A stretch of DNA of 64,000 nucleotides from Sphyrna mokarran (lineage: Eukaryota): contig JAGIQG010000010.1 of the NCBI GenBank assembly GCA_024679065.1, positions 13,516,001 through 13,580,000 on the forward strand. Direction: 5' to 3'. The notes below the pieces were generated by a model. The model ran no database searches, had not been told where the DNA came from, and was given only the letters and a program-made list of their open reading frames with translations. The translations under genes were made by a program, and so were the position numbers. Position 1 is the first letter of the stretch; each line of letters opens with the position of its first letter. Shown one piece after another: positions 1 through 13,293 of the stretch.

Positions 1-9
1 CCCAATTAC

Positions 10-230
10 AATAGAATCCCCAGTACAGAAGGAGGCTATTTGGCCCATTGAGTCTGCACCAACCACAATCCTACCAGATCATATATCCATAACCCCATTC
101 ATTTACCCTAGCTGGTCCCCTGACACTAAGAATCAATTCAACATGGCCAATTCATCTAACCTGCACATCTTTGGAGCATGAACGGAAACAGGAGCACCCA
201 GAGGAAACCCACACAGACATGGAGAGAATG
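10..230 (-). mobile_element. HE1-like V-SINE (partial)
   Basis: ATAGAATCCC..CAGAAGGAGGC tail; ACCTGCACATCTTTGG core. Confidence 0.8.
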
Positions 231-1679
231 CTGAAGACTGAGCTACTTTACAAAGTCTCAGCACTGCAGAGGTCTCTGCTGTCCAAGGTTGATTCTTATA
301 ATCTGTTCTTGTGTCTCCCCCAAGACATTGAGGCAATAAGACTGACTGCCTCACCTTCACTGGGCCAAGCATGGCAAAGCAACACCTAGATTTAACAACA
401 TCTCATCTTATAAAAGCAGTTAGCACCGGAGAAGATATAGAAAGAGGAGGTGACAGAATAGAGGCAGCTGTGGGCAACCCCTTCCTCCCCCCCCCATCCT
501 CAGAGGAGTTGAGGACAGAAACAACCCCCTTCTCAGCTGGGCACAGAGTCACAGGAAAGGGGGCTGTACGTCCAACAGCAACAGAGATGCACTCCCATAT
601 AGCAGAGTTCCCTGAGGCAGTGCTGAGACATGGGCAGAGATTAGAGGCATCCATCCAGCTAATGTGTGCCACGGTATTGCAGGGCTATGAGTGTATGAGC
701 TCCTCCACTGACCAGCTTCATGGAAAGCCTGTTGTGGCCACATTCAAAGTTCATGCGGGAACTGCAGCAATTTTCACACAATGCATTCCACACTCCAGCC
801 TGAATTGGCCAGTGGCATTATACAACACAAAGAAGGGGTCGCAGTTTTTTCCCCAGCTGGTACTTCTCTCCAGCTATCTGAAGCATGAACCAAGGCTTAG
901 GCAGTTAACAAAGAGAGTGCAAACTCTCCTGGGTACCATCATCAGCCTCTTTGGTTCCTCTGACTAAAAGAACTTCTATGTATTGGCAGTCAGTGACAAA
1001 GACTGCCCCTACAGTTATACCAGTACAGCAACCTCTCTCCACTGGCACATCCAGGACAGAAAGACCATCACACATGACAAGTAAGCTATCTCCACCTTCT
1101 ATCAAGGCACTGGGGAGGGTGTGGGCAGCACATAAACTGGCTGAGACAGGAGACTGCAATGTCAGACTGAGAGTTGAATGATTCTCTGCGGTATCTATCA
1201 CTTAAACATGTGCTCTTTCTCTGTTTTGGAGTGCTGTGCAAGGCTTGACACTTGAAACCAGACATGTGAGCTCCTTTTACTAATGGTGGCACAAATGCAG
1301 TGATAATGAGAAGTCAAGGTCAGTGAATGGTGCCTGTGAAACCTCTGGATGGATGTACATCTTTCATTGGCAGGATGAATGGATCCGTTACGTGCAGGAG
1401 AAGGGTTCTCACAAGCAGCTCAAAGTGAGTAGCAGACCATTCTGTTCCCCCTGGGTTGGGGGGCAGTGTTGAATCCAGTCTCGAGCAGTTACTGCCTGCC
1501 GGTAATGCATCTCGAGAAGATCCACAAGTTGGACATTAGTCCCCGACAACTCTCTGTTCAGCTGGGGCATACTTGTGTTCTCTCTCTTTCTGCCTTTTCT
1601 CTTCCTCCTCTTCCTGCATGTCCTACTTGTGCCTCCTCTCCTCTAGTGAGCTGTATTCATACCGCACCTTCAAGCCACT

Positions 1680-2480
1680 AAGCTCTGCGGAGGACAACGT
1701 TACAGAGTATGTAGCAGGCAATTGGCCTGTGCGAGACCCTGGCAGAAATGCATTGTAGGGCATTACTTGATAGTTAAAGGCATTGAAATTGTATCTTCAG
1801 AAACCTGGTGACCTGCTGACTGATTGCCCTGGTGAACAGAAGCTGTGGTTTTGGTGCATCTGTCCCTCCACCTCACAGTCTTGTAAGGTTATGAGTGAAA
1901 TGAAAATGAAAGTTTCTGAGGATAACTCTCCCGTTTTGAGAGACAACTGTCTGGTGGTGATTTTAACCTGAGGGTCACCACACCTTGGGCAAGGGGCAAA
2001 GTTGAGAAGGTGGAGCTTTCATGAATAACCTCAGCCAGAATGGGAATTGAACCCATGCTGTTAATAGCATAGCATCCTAGAACAGAATTATAGAATCCCA
2101 AAAGGAGAACATTTGGCCCATTGAACCAGCACTGACAACAATCCCATCCAGGCCCTTTCCCCTTAACCCCATGTATTTTTCCTGCTAACTCCCCTGATGC
2201 TAAGAGGCAATTTTTCATGGCCAATCAACCTAACACACGCATCTTTGGGCTGTGGGAGGAAACTGGGGCACTGGAGGTAACCTATGTAGACACAGGGAGA
2301 ACTTGCAAACTCCACACAGTCACCTAATGTTGGAATTGAACCAGGTCCCTGGCGCTGAGGCAGCAGTGCTAATCACTGTGCTGCTCCACGTCACAAACCA
2401 TCTGACCAGACAAATGAGCTAACCAACACCCAAGGTTATGAGTAACCATCTCTACAAAGTTTATCTCTCGACCCTTGGAA
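1680..2480 (-). pseudogene. Decayed Harbinger/PIF (HARBI1-like) transposase C-terminal fragment, interrupted by SINEs
   Basis: Manual minus-strand translation RWLLITL...TRAISQQVTRFLKIQFQCL*LSSNALQCISARVSHRPIACYILCNVVLRR resembles the Harbinger DDE tail (TR..IE..IG.LK.RFRCL...ACC.LHN). Confidence 0.6.
1897..2431 (-). mobile_element. tRNA-derived SINE with a nested HE1-like SINE (~2075-2385)
   Basis: 12-bp TSD AAGGTTATGAGT at 1885-1896 and 2432-2443; similar copy at ~26280-26450. Confidence 0.75.
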
Positions 2481-2728
2481 GCCATCCATGTAATTCGAGT
2501 ATGAGGAGATACCATTCCAGCAACAGTAGTGAAAAGGGGCCCCTAAATAGGCATTAATTGTCCATTTAATGGCCTCAATTGGTAGTGAGTTAAGGAGACT
2601 GTCCACAAGCCTTCACATTCCAGACATAGTATCTATCTCACTGTGCAGAGTTCCAGATTGTTACACGAGGTCTTGTGGTGCAGTGGGTCATGTCCCTGCC
2701 TCTGAGTCGGAAGATTTGGATTTAACTC

Positions 2729-2963
2729 TGTAGTAGTGAACCTCTTTAAAGAGTGAGGCTTTTGAAGGTCATGTGACCTGTTTGACCAATTGGGTCAAAG
2801 TGTACGAATCCTGGTGCTGAGTGTGGACTCTCGCATGCAGCCAAGGAGCTGGAGTCAAAGTAATTGGAAGCGTCTAACTCATTCTTTGTACATAATTTTA
2901 TACAGTCAATCAATAGATTTTGTTCCTTTACTTGGTGGTTGTCATTCCTTCCAAGATACTACA
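2729..2963. mobile_element. Short solo-LTR-like element
   Basis: Termini TGTAGTA...TACTACA; splits a SINE-like head (GGATTTAACTC | GAGTCCCACC). Confidence 0.4.
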
Positions 2964-3119
2964 GAGTCCCACCTTGATGGCCACAGAACGTGTTGTTCAC
3001 AAAGAAGCTAAACAGATTAAGTATCAACCGATTTCCAAACACACCAATGGCAGTAGGAGTGGGAGAAGCTCCTCGTCACCCATTCTTGACATGGAGCTGT
3101 AAGTCCCTGACAACAAATG

Positions 3120-3715
3120 TTTTTTATTCATTCTGGGAGATGGGCAACACTGGCTGGCCAACATTTATTGCCTATCCCTAGTTGCCCTTGAGAAGGTGAT
3201 AGTGAGCTGTCTTTTTGTATCACTGCAGTTGGGATCCTGTAGGTTGACCCACAATGCTACTAAGAGAGAACTCTAGGATTTTTGACCCAGTGACTGCAAA
3301 GGAATAGCGATATATTTCCAAGTCAGGATAGTGAGTGATGGAGAGGAATTTACACAGGTTATGTTCCCATGTATCTGCTGCCCTTGTCCATCTAGACATA
3401 AGTGGTTGTGGATTTGTAAGTGCTGACTAAGAGTCTTTGGTGAATTGCTGCAGTGCATCTTGTAGAAAGTACACACTACGGCTACTGAGCGTTGGTGATA
3501 GAGGGATTGAATATTTGTGGACAAGGTGCCAATCAAGTGGGCTACTTTGTCCTGGATGATGTCCAGCTTCTTGAATATTGTTGGAGCTACTCTCGACCAG
3601 GCAAGTAGGAAGTATTCCATCACAGTCATGACTAGTGCTTTGTGGGTAGTGGACAGGCTTTAGGGAGTCAGGAAGTGAGTTACTCGCCACAGTATTCCTA
3701 GCTTCTGACCTGCTA
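3120..3715 (-). mobile_element. Non-LTR retrotransposon 3' fragment (RT C-terminus and tail)
   Basis: ORF 3273-3629 VMEYFLLAWSRVAPTIFKKLDIIQDKVAHLIG; related copy at ~17560-18095 (+). Confidence 0.75.
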
Positions 3716-3959
3716 AAGACCTGTTCCAGGAAAACAATCTTGCTATGGGAAGAGATGAAATTCTGCATTGTCTGTCATAGGTGTGGGGAGAAAAGCAAGC
3801 AATCTGATTGTTATTCAGCAAGGTGCTGCAGGTTTGTATGTGCAGTGTGCTGCAATACTGTTCAGTGTTGGAACGTTGAGTGAGTGCAGGATTGGGCACT
3901 GCTGTGATATCAGCATTGTTGAATAACTTGCCAGCATTGTCCATTAATGCTCACTTATT

Positions 3960-4480
3960 CATATTGATCAGTATGGATAACAGACAAGGCAGCTGAGGGC
4001 AACCAATCCCCAGAGAATTGTGGGCAAGAAAAGAGTCAATACTTCAGATTTTTTGGGCTGGAAATAGTTTGAAAGAAAACGTCCAGATTTTGTGGAAATT
4101 GGCATTAGTTTGGTAAAGGGAGTGGTTTGGATGGACATCAGCTGAACTGAGTCCAGGGTCTGGTGCTGCAGGGCAAGGTTTAAACTAACATGGCAGGTGA
4201 AAGGCAAGCCATAAAATTGATGCTCGGAAAGAACAGCAAAAGGCAGAAGGTTTGGGAAAAGGGGAAAAAAGCAAATGAAGTTACTGAGCTGCAGTAAAGA
4301 AAGTAGAATCAATTGAAAGATTAACGAAAATTGAATGGTGTACATGTGACCACACAAAGCATTCAAAACAAAATCAGATGATCAGAATTGTGAAGAGGAA
4401 TAATGCAGCATTTATAAGAGGAACATGGTTTCATTTGAACTGGACTGGGAGATTGATACTTCTGGTTGTAATGTTTGTAA
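3960..4480 (+). mobile_element. Decayed CR1 LINE 5' part (ORF1 esterase / endonuclease junction)
   Basis: Degenerate resemblance to CR1 ORF1 end (GGTTTAAACTAACATGGCAGG) and endonuclease start. Confidence 0.45.
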
Positions 4481-5094
4481 GAGAAGCAGATGTGGTAATT
4501 TGGCTCCATCCATTATAAATGAAGAATTAAAGTTTATTAACAATAATAGCTATTTACACAATGAGGAAGATTTGATACCTCTGGAATCTAACTGAGCAAA
4601 AGCTTGTGCTCTGCTTGGGTGGTCCCATGTTATCATTACCAATTGGACAAGTAATTCACATGACCCTTCAATAGATCACCCTTAAAGCAGATATCTACTA
4701 TAGCCGTCCCCACGTTCCTTAACATAGAGAAAGATAGTTAATTTATACATTTTTTCCATAATTTACAACTATGAATATTTTTAATCAGTCCAGTGTCTCT
4801 CACTTTCTCAAAGACCGATGCAACTCCACTGACCAGGCAGCTTCTGCTGAGGTACGTTTTGTAGAAACTGTCACACTTGGTGTCTCCTCTAGTACTGATG
4901 CTTCAATCTCTGTCTCAGTTGGTACAATACTCTCCCCGTCATAGGCTGATTGGGCATTTTACTTCTCAGGCAACCAACAAAACTTTCAGCTGGCAACAAC
5001 CAATCAGGCTGTGACACTGGCTCTGGGGACAACTCTTGCCCTCACAAATAATTCACATATTACAAAATTCTGTCTTGCATGCTCACTTTATGAG

Positions 5095-5415
5095 ACCATA
5101 AAGCCATAAGGCATAGGAGCAGAATTAGGCCTCTCAGTCCATCGAGTCTGCTCTGCCATTCAATCATGGTTGATGTTTTTCTTATTCCCATTCTCTTGCT
5201 TTTCCCTCATAATCTCTGATCCCTTTATTAATCAAGAACCTTTCTATCTCTGTCTTAAAGACACTCAATGACCTGACCTCCACAGCCTTCTGCAGCAAAG
5301 AGTTCCACAGATTCACCACTTCTGGCTGAAGAAATTCCTCCTTATCTTTGTTTTAAAGGATCGTCCCTTTCGCTTGAGCCTTCTGGTTTGAATTTTTCCT
5401 ACTAGTGGAAACAAT
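5095..5415 (-). mobile_element. CR1/HER1-like LINE 3' end
   Basis: CATAAG tail repeats; GAGTTCCACAGATTCACCAC...GAAGAAATTCCTCC typical of CR1 3' ends. Confidence 0.75.
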
Positions 5416-5824
5416 TGGCACATTGGAAATATATCACTGTTCCTTCATTGCCGTTAGGTCAAACTGATTCATATAATCTGTTTACATCTGCTGACGAACC
5501 TAGTCGGTGAGATAACTGGAAAATTCCACCCACTTTTGCATAGTTTGGACCCCCTCCCCACTCCCCCTCCCGTCTGCTACAATTCCCCTGGCGCAGAAGG
5601 GTAAAATTCCACCGCCACCCCTACTCCTCCCCACGGTGCATTAGCAGGATTTCTCATTGTTGATTCCTATACAATCAATGATTGTTTCTTACTCAGTAGG
5701 TTACCAGTTTAACATTTTTGTTTGTAATTTAGAGTTGTTTTTGCAGCAGATTACAGCGATAAAATGAAAATGAAACATTCGTCATAAGCTGACTTTTCAT
5801 AAGAAAGAAGGTTCAGACGGAAGG

Positions 5825-7509
5825 CAAAAAACTAATAAATTGTAATTTATTCTATATGAAACATTCACATTTGTATTGTGTTAAAGGCATTAGAGAGAAA
5901 AACAGAATGCTTTACAATAAAATTACTAAATGATAATGAGAAATAGACAGAAGAGAATAATAGACATAAATCACCATTTTGCAAATGAAAACACTGTCAC
6001 ATTCTCGGATGTGGAGCAATCATTTGTTTCAACACATTCTTCGCAAATAGCAATAACAGAAACCGTTCCTGGAACATGCAACCTGTGGCCAGAACAATTT
6101 ATATTCAGGTATGCACTTTAGCGAACTTAATTGAAAAACGTAGGCGTCATAAACAATATATATACAAGGAATTCAGAAAGTACTTTGTCCTCACTGATGA
6201 TATAACACTATGAATCAAACTACGTGCCAATTAAATGTTAAATAATTGTGTACTTTGAAATTATTTTTTTAAAAAATATACATTTAATATCTTAACAAAA
6301 TAATACTGCAAAACGTTATGGTTAAATGCACCTATTTTGAAACAATCAGGAACGTTGTGATTTAATGTGCTGAAAAACCAGTCTCCTCATAGAAGATGAA
6401 ACCTTTCTCACCTTTGGTTCAAGCTAAGGTGGTGAAAGGCACATTGCAATGGTAAATACTGACATAGCCTGATAACACAATTCAGCAGGGGGTGGGGGTT
6501 GGCAAATCTCCTTACCGCTATTCACGATGAAATCATAAATATCTTTGTCACAGTTTTATTCACAATTTCTCTCCAAATAGTAACATAGAGGGAATTTCCA
6601 TCCCACCCTTTGTAGTTCTTCACTGAGTAAGCATGGGCAAGCAGAGAGCATATTCATCCAGGAACTGCGATCCATTTTTTAACTGCTTAAGTAGGGTCAG
6701 TGCATCAAAGCCTTCATTGCAGAATATTGCCAAGGATTAATATGTATTCACTGGAGTGCAGAATCACACATGAATACGCACAGCCCAATTGTTCTTTATT
6801 AATAATGTGATTTCAATGTTATTACTTATTCAAATAATTGCTGTGTGCCTGCTAGTATCATGATTATGATGTTGGATCAACACGCATGATGGTGTTATAA
6901 AATGCTTATTACCGTGTATGCCAGCTATATGAGTAGACTGTAAATAAAGTAAAACAGGGGCAATGGGCCCAGCCCAAAATATGTTAGATAAATGAAATAT
7001 TGCTCGGAAAGTTGAAGAAAATTGCTTTCCAGACAAAATGACTAATTCAGCTTACTGAAACCCATTTCTCAGCATCTGCTAATTGAAACCAAGTCATCTT
7101 ATCTAGTGGCTCAGGTTCAGTAATTAGTGGTACAATTTGCGATGGATTAGTTTAGGTGTTGGAGGACGTTCTGTAGGCCCAAAAAAGTGCAGAGTTAGAC
7201 CATCCAAGTGCCTTAACAATGGTCTCCCCTATCAGTTGGTCTGTACTCACTCTCTTCCCCATTTTGTTACTCTTTCTAGGCTGCAGTGGAACGCTTAAAG
7301 GCTGTGTGAGCTTTTCTAGATGGTGTTTCTTTGCGCGATGCATGCATCTGGTATACGCAACGATATCTGTCCTTTCTTTGGGAGAGGACAACGATTTGCA
7401 ATTTGGACCTTTGTCTTTCACTGTGGTAGCAATGCAATTTTGTTCAGTACAGTTTTAACCAGTGCCAGCATTCCTCCTTGAGATGGATGTGTGGAACGCT
7501 GCCTCTGTT
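5825..7509 (-). other. ednrb: Probable ednrb 3' UTR
   Basis: Repeat-free AT-rich stretch after the stop; minus-strand AATAAA at 6795-6800, 6555-6560 and 5846-5851, the last followed by a U-rich tract. Confidence 0.55.
5846..5851 (-). terminator. Candidate distal polyadenylation signal of ednrb
   Basis: AATAAA on the minus strand followed by TTATTAGTTTTTTGCC, close to where repeats resume. Confidence 0.45.
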
Positions 7510-7662
7510 TTATGATGAACTGTATTTATTACTGGAACGTGAATTGCTGTGGTCCAGTCCATGATCGATGCCATTTGACTTCCACTTGATGCAGGACTGC
7601 TTCTCATCCAAAGGCAACACGTGCATCATCGTCTTCCTCTGGAACCAGCAGCAAAGGCAGGA
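7510..7662 (-). CDS. ednrb: ednrb coding exon 7 (C-terminal tail and stop), 153 nt
   Basis: [50 protein letters not shown]; acceptor acgcag|TCC, TAA at 7512-7510; the RSSNKYSSS end is typical of EDNRB1. Confidence 0.96.
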   Translation of the reverse strand, partial: SCLCCWFQRKTMMHVLPLDEKQSCIKWKSNGIDHGLDHSNSRSSNKYSSS

Positions 7663-8252
7663 CTGCGTAATACAAAGAAAATTTGATCATTCCCATCATT
7701 GGTGAGAAAATCTACAACAGCTTAGTTAACAGCCAGTTGACTAAAGTTCTTCAAGAAATCCATAACTTATAATCAATTTCATTTACGGACAACATTGGCA
7801 CAACTGGAGCAATAACATAAAATCATAACATTAATAAGACGTAAAAAAAAAGACAATGAGGCAGATGTTTGGTTTTTGGTTTTCTATGTTTTTTCCTCTC
7901 CTTGCCTTTCTTTTGTTTTGCTGCCCAGGTCACACCTGGAGGTATGAAGGGAGGCTGTGAAAAGTCAATGTTTTTCTCATGCTACTCTCTGTTACGTATA
8001 TATGAAAACATGTCAGGGTGATTCGCCTCCTTATTTCCCTCTGCAACCTATTGGGAATGTCCTGCCTTAGACTCTGTGGCCAAAATTTTACCACTGTGCC
8101 CGCCCCAGAATGGAATTCTCCGTTGGCCTCGGGCAGAAGTCTCGTCCGAGCGCGGTCGTAAAATCCCAGCCTGTGTCTTTTCCCTTCCACCCAAGTTTCC
8201 CACGAGCTCCAATTAATCTGTTATGTATAACACTTTGTGCATTAGGTTATGT

Positions 8253-9445
8253 GTTTCTTAGGGTCCAGTTGATGTTATAACTGGATGGGAAGATTCCAGA
8301 ATGAACCCCGGCAAAACTGGAACTTTTACTTTTTTTATAAAACGTGGAGGAAAAGAGTCACATGGCTGCTTAGTTTTTACCAACAAGGAAAAAAAAACAT
8401 TTATTAAATATGAAATATTTAGATTATGATACAACAATCTTTTATTCTCTCTATAGCTTAACAATGAGACACATTTTAAGATTAATTCAGATTATAAAGT
8501 ACGCCTTCAGCTGCAGTGGTCTCATTAACCTAAATGTCCCTCTGAAGCACACAAGATGACTGTGGTCAAATACACCTACTTCACTCTGAGCCAAAGTGAA
8601 TATCTGTGGATTTCACCTCAAAATCGCCTTGGATGATTCTTATGTTGTGAGCCACCTTGTCCTACTGAAATCCAGCTTCCATGTGAGTGATTTTAAATTC
8701 CACTTTCAAAAGTCACACTTTCAAATCTCCTTTTAAATTTCACTTTCCTTTCACTGCTTTCATCAAGGTTTCACTTTCAGATTTTAAACTTCTCCTTTCA
8801 GGTTTCTTCGTCTTAAAGGCTTTTACACAAACTTTGAGGTCCAGCCACCCAATTTCAAGATTATTTCAAATAATGTCACCCAAACTGTAGTAAATTTCTC
8901 ACAAATATTAGTATTGCTGCCATTATCTTTCTGGCCTGTCGTGATCCAATGCCTTTTCAATTCTCTGACTTTACTGAAAAGTAATCATTTCTAGTTCCCA
9001 GTTTCCTCTGTTCTGTTAACTCCAGACTTCTTGGAATTTTTTTCCTTACTTCTTTAGTTTCTGTAACTAGCTGCATTTTAGATTTCCGGCATTTATTTCT
9101 TTAACAATTACTCTATAGTATGGCTTTTCTTCTACTAAAGCTAAGGGATGTTCCCCTTTTAGCCTTCTAAACCAACTACTTCTAGCAGAGCTTTGACAGC
9201 TGCCTTCTTTCTCACTGCCTATCACCAACTGCCCACAAATTAGGTAAAGTAAAACTTAAAAGTGTCTCTATCTTATAAGCCTCAAGATGTAAAGAACGAC
9301 TCACATGCTTATGCCTTTTATTTATTGCTCACACCCTAACTCTCTCTAAGCACTACAGAAACACAGTTGGAATTTAACTAATCTCACACATACCAACAAC
9401 TTTTTCCAGCATGAACTTAACTACAGGTTTTACCCTTTCTAGAAC
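8253..9445. mobile_element. Probable solo-LTR-like repeat
   Basis: TGTTATAA...TTCTAGAACA termini; composition differs from the flanks; no clear TSD. Confidence 0.3.
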
Positions 9446-9789
9446 AAAGAAGAAAGAAAAATACAGCTCAGGAAGAGGCTCTTTGGCCCTCCAAGCCTGT
9501 GCTGATCATGATGTCCTAACTAAAAATAAAATTCTGCTCGTACTCGGTCCATGTCCTTCCATTTACTCCTTAGTGATGTATCCATCTAGATGCCTCTTAA
9601 GTATTGCAAAATGAGAGTGCTTCGACAACTCTCTGGCAGCATATTCCAGGGACCTACAAGTCTCTACATGGAAAAAAAACCTTGCACATCTCCCTTAAAC
9701 TTTCCCTCCTCTCATCTTGAACCTGTGCCCCCTTGTAACCAACACATCCACCCGTATCATGTCTGTACCAATAACAATCTCACCTGAGC

Positions 9790-10035
9790 CCTGTTACCCA
9801 TTATCATAACCCCGCATATTTAACCCAGTAATCTATGCATCCTGGAACACTAAGGGGCAATTTAGTATGGCCAATGCACCTTGGATTGTGGGAGAAAACC
9901 GGAGCACCTGGAGAGAAACCCATGCAGACATAGGGAAAATGTACAAACTCCAAACAGTGATCCAAGCCAGGAATCGAACCCAAATCCCTGGAGCCACGAG
10001 GCAGCAGTGCTAAGCACTGCGCCATTGTGCCACAC
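9790..10035 (-). mobile_element. HE1-like V-SINE
   Basis: GGGAGAAAACCGGAGCACC core; GCAGCAGTGCTAA.CACTG head. Confidence 0.85.
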
Positions 10036-12199
10036 ACCAATTATGCTTAGAATACTCCAAATGGAAGTTAATTTTCAATTATCAATTCATATCCAATCAG
10101 AAAAGGAAGACAATAAATCCTTTATGCCTGCCCTGACCTTTTAAAGTTGCTATTCCACTCATTCCACTCTCACGCCAATCCCTTCAAGAGCTTTGCAGGG
10201 ATCATTATTTATCAGTTCATCAAAGAGCACTTCTAGTTCATTCCCAAAGAACAAGCATCAGGACTGTGATTTTCCGCCAGTAGATCCCGCCGTCAGCCAG
10301 TGACAGGGCTGCCTCCACCAGCGGAGGGGGCTGGGGAATGGGTGTGGGTGGAAAATCCTTGTTTAGGTCACAATGTTGAAGTAAAATCTCAATGTTGTAA
10401 TCCTAATCAAACCCTCAGACAGAGATTATCACTCTTGCCACAACTGGTAAACACTTAATTAAGTAACTGTTGGATTAGATGTAAAAATACCTATTTAAAG
10501 TTTCCAGAACTTCCACAGTATATCATACTTAACACAAAACATAAATAACACTAATCAAATAATTGGCTGCTGCAGCTAAGGAATTATAATTATGACACAA
10601 TTTGCATGTTTTTTTAGAGATACATTTTATTATCAATTTGTTGTAATTGTCTTCATTTTGCAAAAATGATTTACAAATTTGTTTCAGTCATAATATTGGA
10701 ATATGATTCAGCAAATTAGTAGGGTCACCAGATATTTCATTGTCCCTGTTCCAAAGAGTGCAGTCTACTCTGGAACTAGCAATTTATATGCAGAGTTAAG
10801 CATGTTTAAACCAAGAATTGTTTCAAGTGCAGTGAACTTTGAATGCTGAGGTTTGACGTTTAAAGCAATTTAAGTTATTTCAAATCTTTTGTAGACATAT
10901 TATAAGCAGAAATATGAGAATGGAACAGATTCTACAAGAAAATGGACTCTAATGCAGGTATCTACATAAAAAGCCATGAGATGTTTGCCTAGAAGTAAGA
11001 GATTGTTTCACATTGGAAGGAAAATAGGATACTGTCAAGTTTCTGTATGTCTTGAAGGGCTAATAGTGTCCTTCACAAACATTTACAAGCTATTGATCCA
11101 TTTTAGGGGCACCAATTTTGTGACCAAGTTAAGCCCCATCCTGAGTCTCCCCAAAGCCATTATCGGATAATACGTCTGCTTGGATGAAGTAAGCTGAACC
11201 ACTGCGAGCTGTGATTTGGAGCTGGGACTTTTCTGTTGTTCAAATCTCAGTATCACATCATCTAGTGCACTAATAAAGATTTTGATTGTGTTTTCCTGCA
11301 AATTTTAAAGTGTTTCCTTATAACATTACTCTTCATTTTCAGGCAGTGCCAAATTCTTTATTGATGTTGAGCACTGAGGAATTGTGTGTACAAAAGCACT
11401 CACTCACTACAAGCTTAAAGTGTGACTTTGTAAATGTACCATAGAATCCTTATTATGCAGAAGGAGGCCATTTTATCCCATGGAGTCTGCACTTACCATA
11501 ACTCCATGCATTTACCCCAATAAGCCCCCTAACCTACACATCTTGGGATAATAAGAGACAATTTAGTCTGGCCAATCCACCTAACCTGAACACCTTTGGA
11601 CTGTGGGATGAAACCAGGCCATCAGAATATTTGTTGCATTATGTGTCTGATTGCCATTGTAATGAAAGATAGTCGAATGGGCAAGAATTGACAGGAGACT
11701 GGAAAATAGATCCGCTCACTGAATGGTATATAGAGTCACATGGTAATAGACTGAGAGAACAATCTAGAGACAACAACCTGGAAGTAGCCAACCTTCATGG
11801 AACAGTACCATGCATAGTCTGTAAATAGTTAAAGACTAACATTAAATAGTTTGTATCTAAACATACAAGTCACACAATCTCATCATTGAGACTTCTAGAG
11901 GATCCATATTACAACAATATCTCGTGAATTAAATTCAGACAGAATAGCTTTGTTCTGGAAATAACTACTATAATCCTTCCGGTCAATAGCTGAAGAATAA
12001 TCACTGTTAGACCATGTGATTTAGGTTACAATTCCCAAACTTAAATTCCCAAATATTAAAATTAAAATAAACATTCACAGTGAGTTATAACATAAGTGTT
12101 ATTAACTTACAATAAAACTTTTAACGGTAAAACAATGAGAAATGCTTAGCTGATCCTCCAGTAACAGAGAACATGATCCATCATTGGTAAGACAAAGGC

Positions 12200-12780
12200 T
12201 GAAGTCTCTGGATAAAGAGGTTGTCTTATGATGAGAGAATGAATAACCTGGGTTTATAATCTCTGGAGTTTAGGAAAATGGGAGGCTAGCTCTTTGAAAC
12301 CTACAAAATCCTAAAGGGGCTTGATAGAATGGACGCGGAGAGATCAGGGGATCTGAAACATGGCAATAGCTGGAATTCTCCAACATCAGACTCGCTGCCA
12401 GCGAGAACGGAGAATTTGGTGCTCAGCCAAATCTCCACGTGTTGCAGCATAATCGGACAATCCCAACTGCTGGAGATGTCGGAGAATTCCAGGCCCAGTC
12501 TCCAGATAATGTCACAATATTTAGAAGAGAAATTACTTCATTCAAAGGGTGGTGAACCTTTGGAATTCTCTACCCAGAAGGTTGTAAATGTTTCATTACT
12601 GAGTACATTGAAGGATGAGACAGGCCGATTTTTTTGTTCTCTCAGAAATTAGGAGATATGGGGAATGGGCAGGAATGTAGAGTTGAAAGCCAAGATCAGC
12701 CATAATCGTAATGGTGGACCAGGCTCGACAGACCATGCGGCCTTCTTCTGCTTCTGTTTCTAACATTCTTGTATTCTGAG
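12200..12780 (+). mobile_element. Old CR1 3' fragment with an inserted MITE (~12362-12496)
   Basis: CR1 3' motifs (GGTGAACCTTTGGAATTCTCTACCCAGAAGG; GATCAGCCAT...CAGGCTCG). Confidence 0.7.
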
Positions 12781-13293
12781 TCTTAATTAGTTCAATTCCA
12801 CAGAGACAGAACAAGAAATACTTGTGAACTTAGCTAAAGAGTGCACAATACAGTGTTGTATCTGGACAGAGAACGCAACCCTTTCTCCCATAATCAATCC
12901 CCCACAATATTGGAATACCCTCTGTCACAAGAGCCAAGTTACTAAAATTTAGGTTTTACAGACATTTAACATTGTAATTCATTGTTGAAAATACACAATA
13001 GCACATAGCTGTCATTTTTAAAAAGAATAAATACTGTTCTTTTAGCTCAACGTTAGAAATGACAATCGCATCTAGACTTAACACCATAGCCATGAATAAT
13101 CAATACAGTTGTGATCATTGTTTACAAGCACCAAACTCGGGGGAAGGAAAATTTCACATTGTGTTCCCAGCCACATATAAAATGGACGCTTTACAATCAG
13201 AAGCAATCAGCTCAAATTAACAAACTTACTGCCAAACAGAACACACTGGAGAAACTTTAATTTATTTGAAACTGTAGACAGATTGTACTAGGT

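Noticed and set aside
371-967. 198-aa ORF as a host gene
   Set aside because: No recognisable domain or splice context; it lies beside a decayed Harbinger transposase and is more likely a transposon remnant
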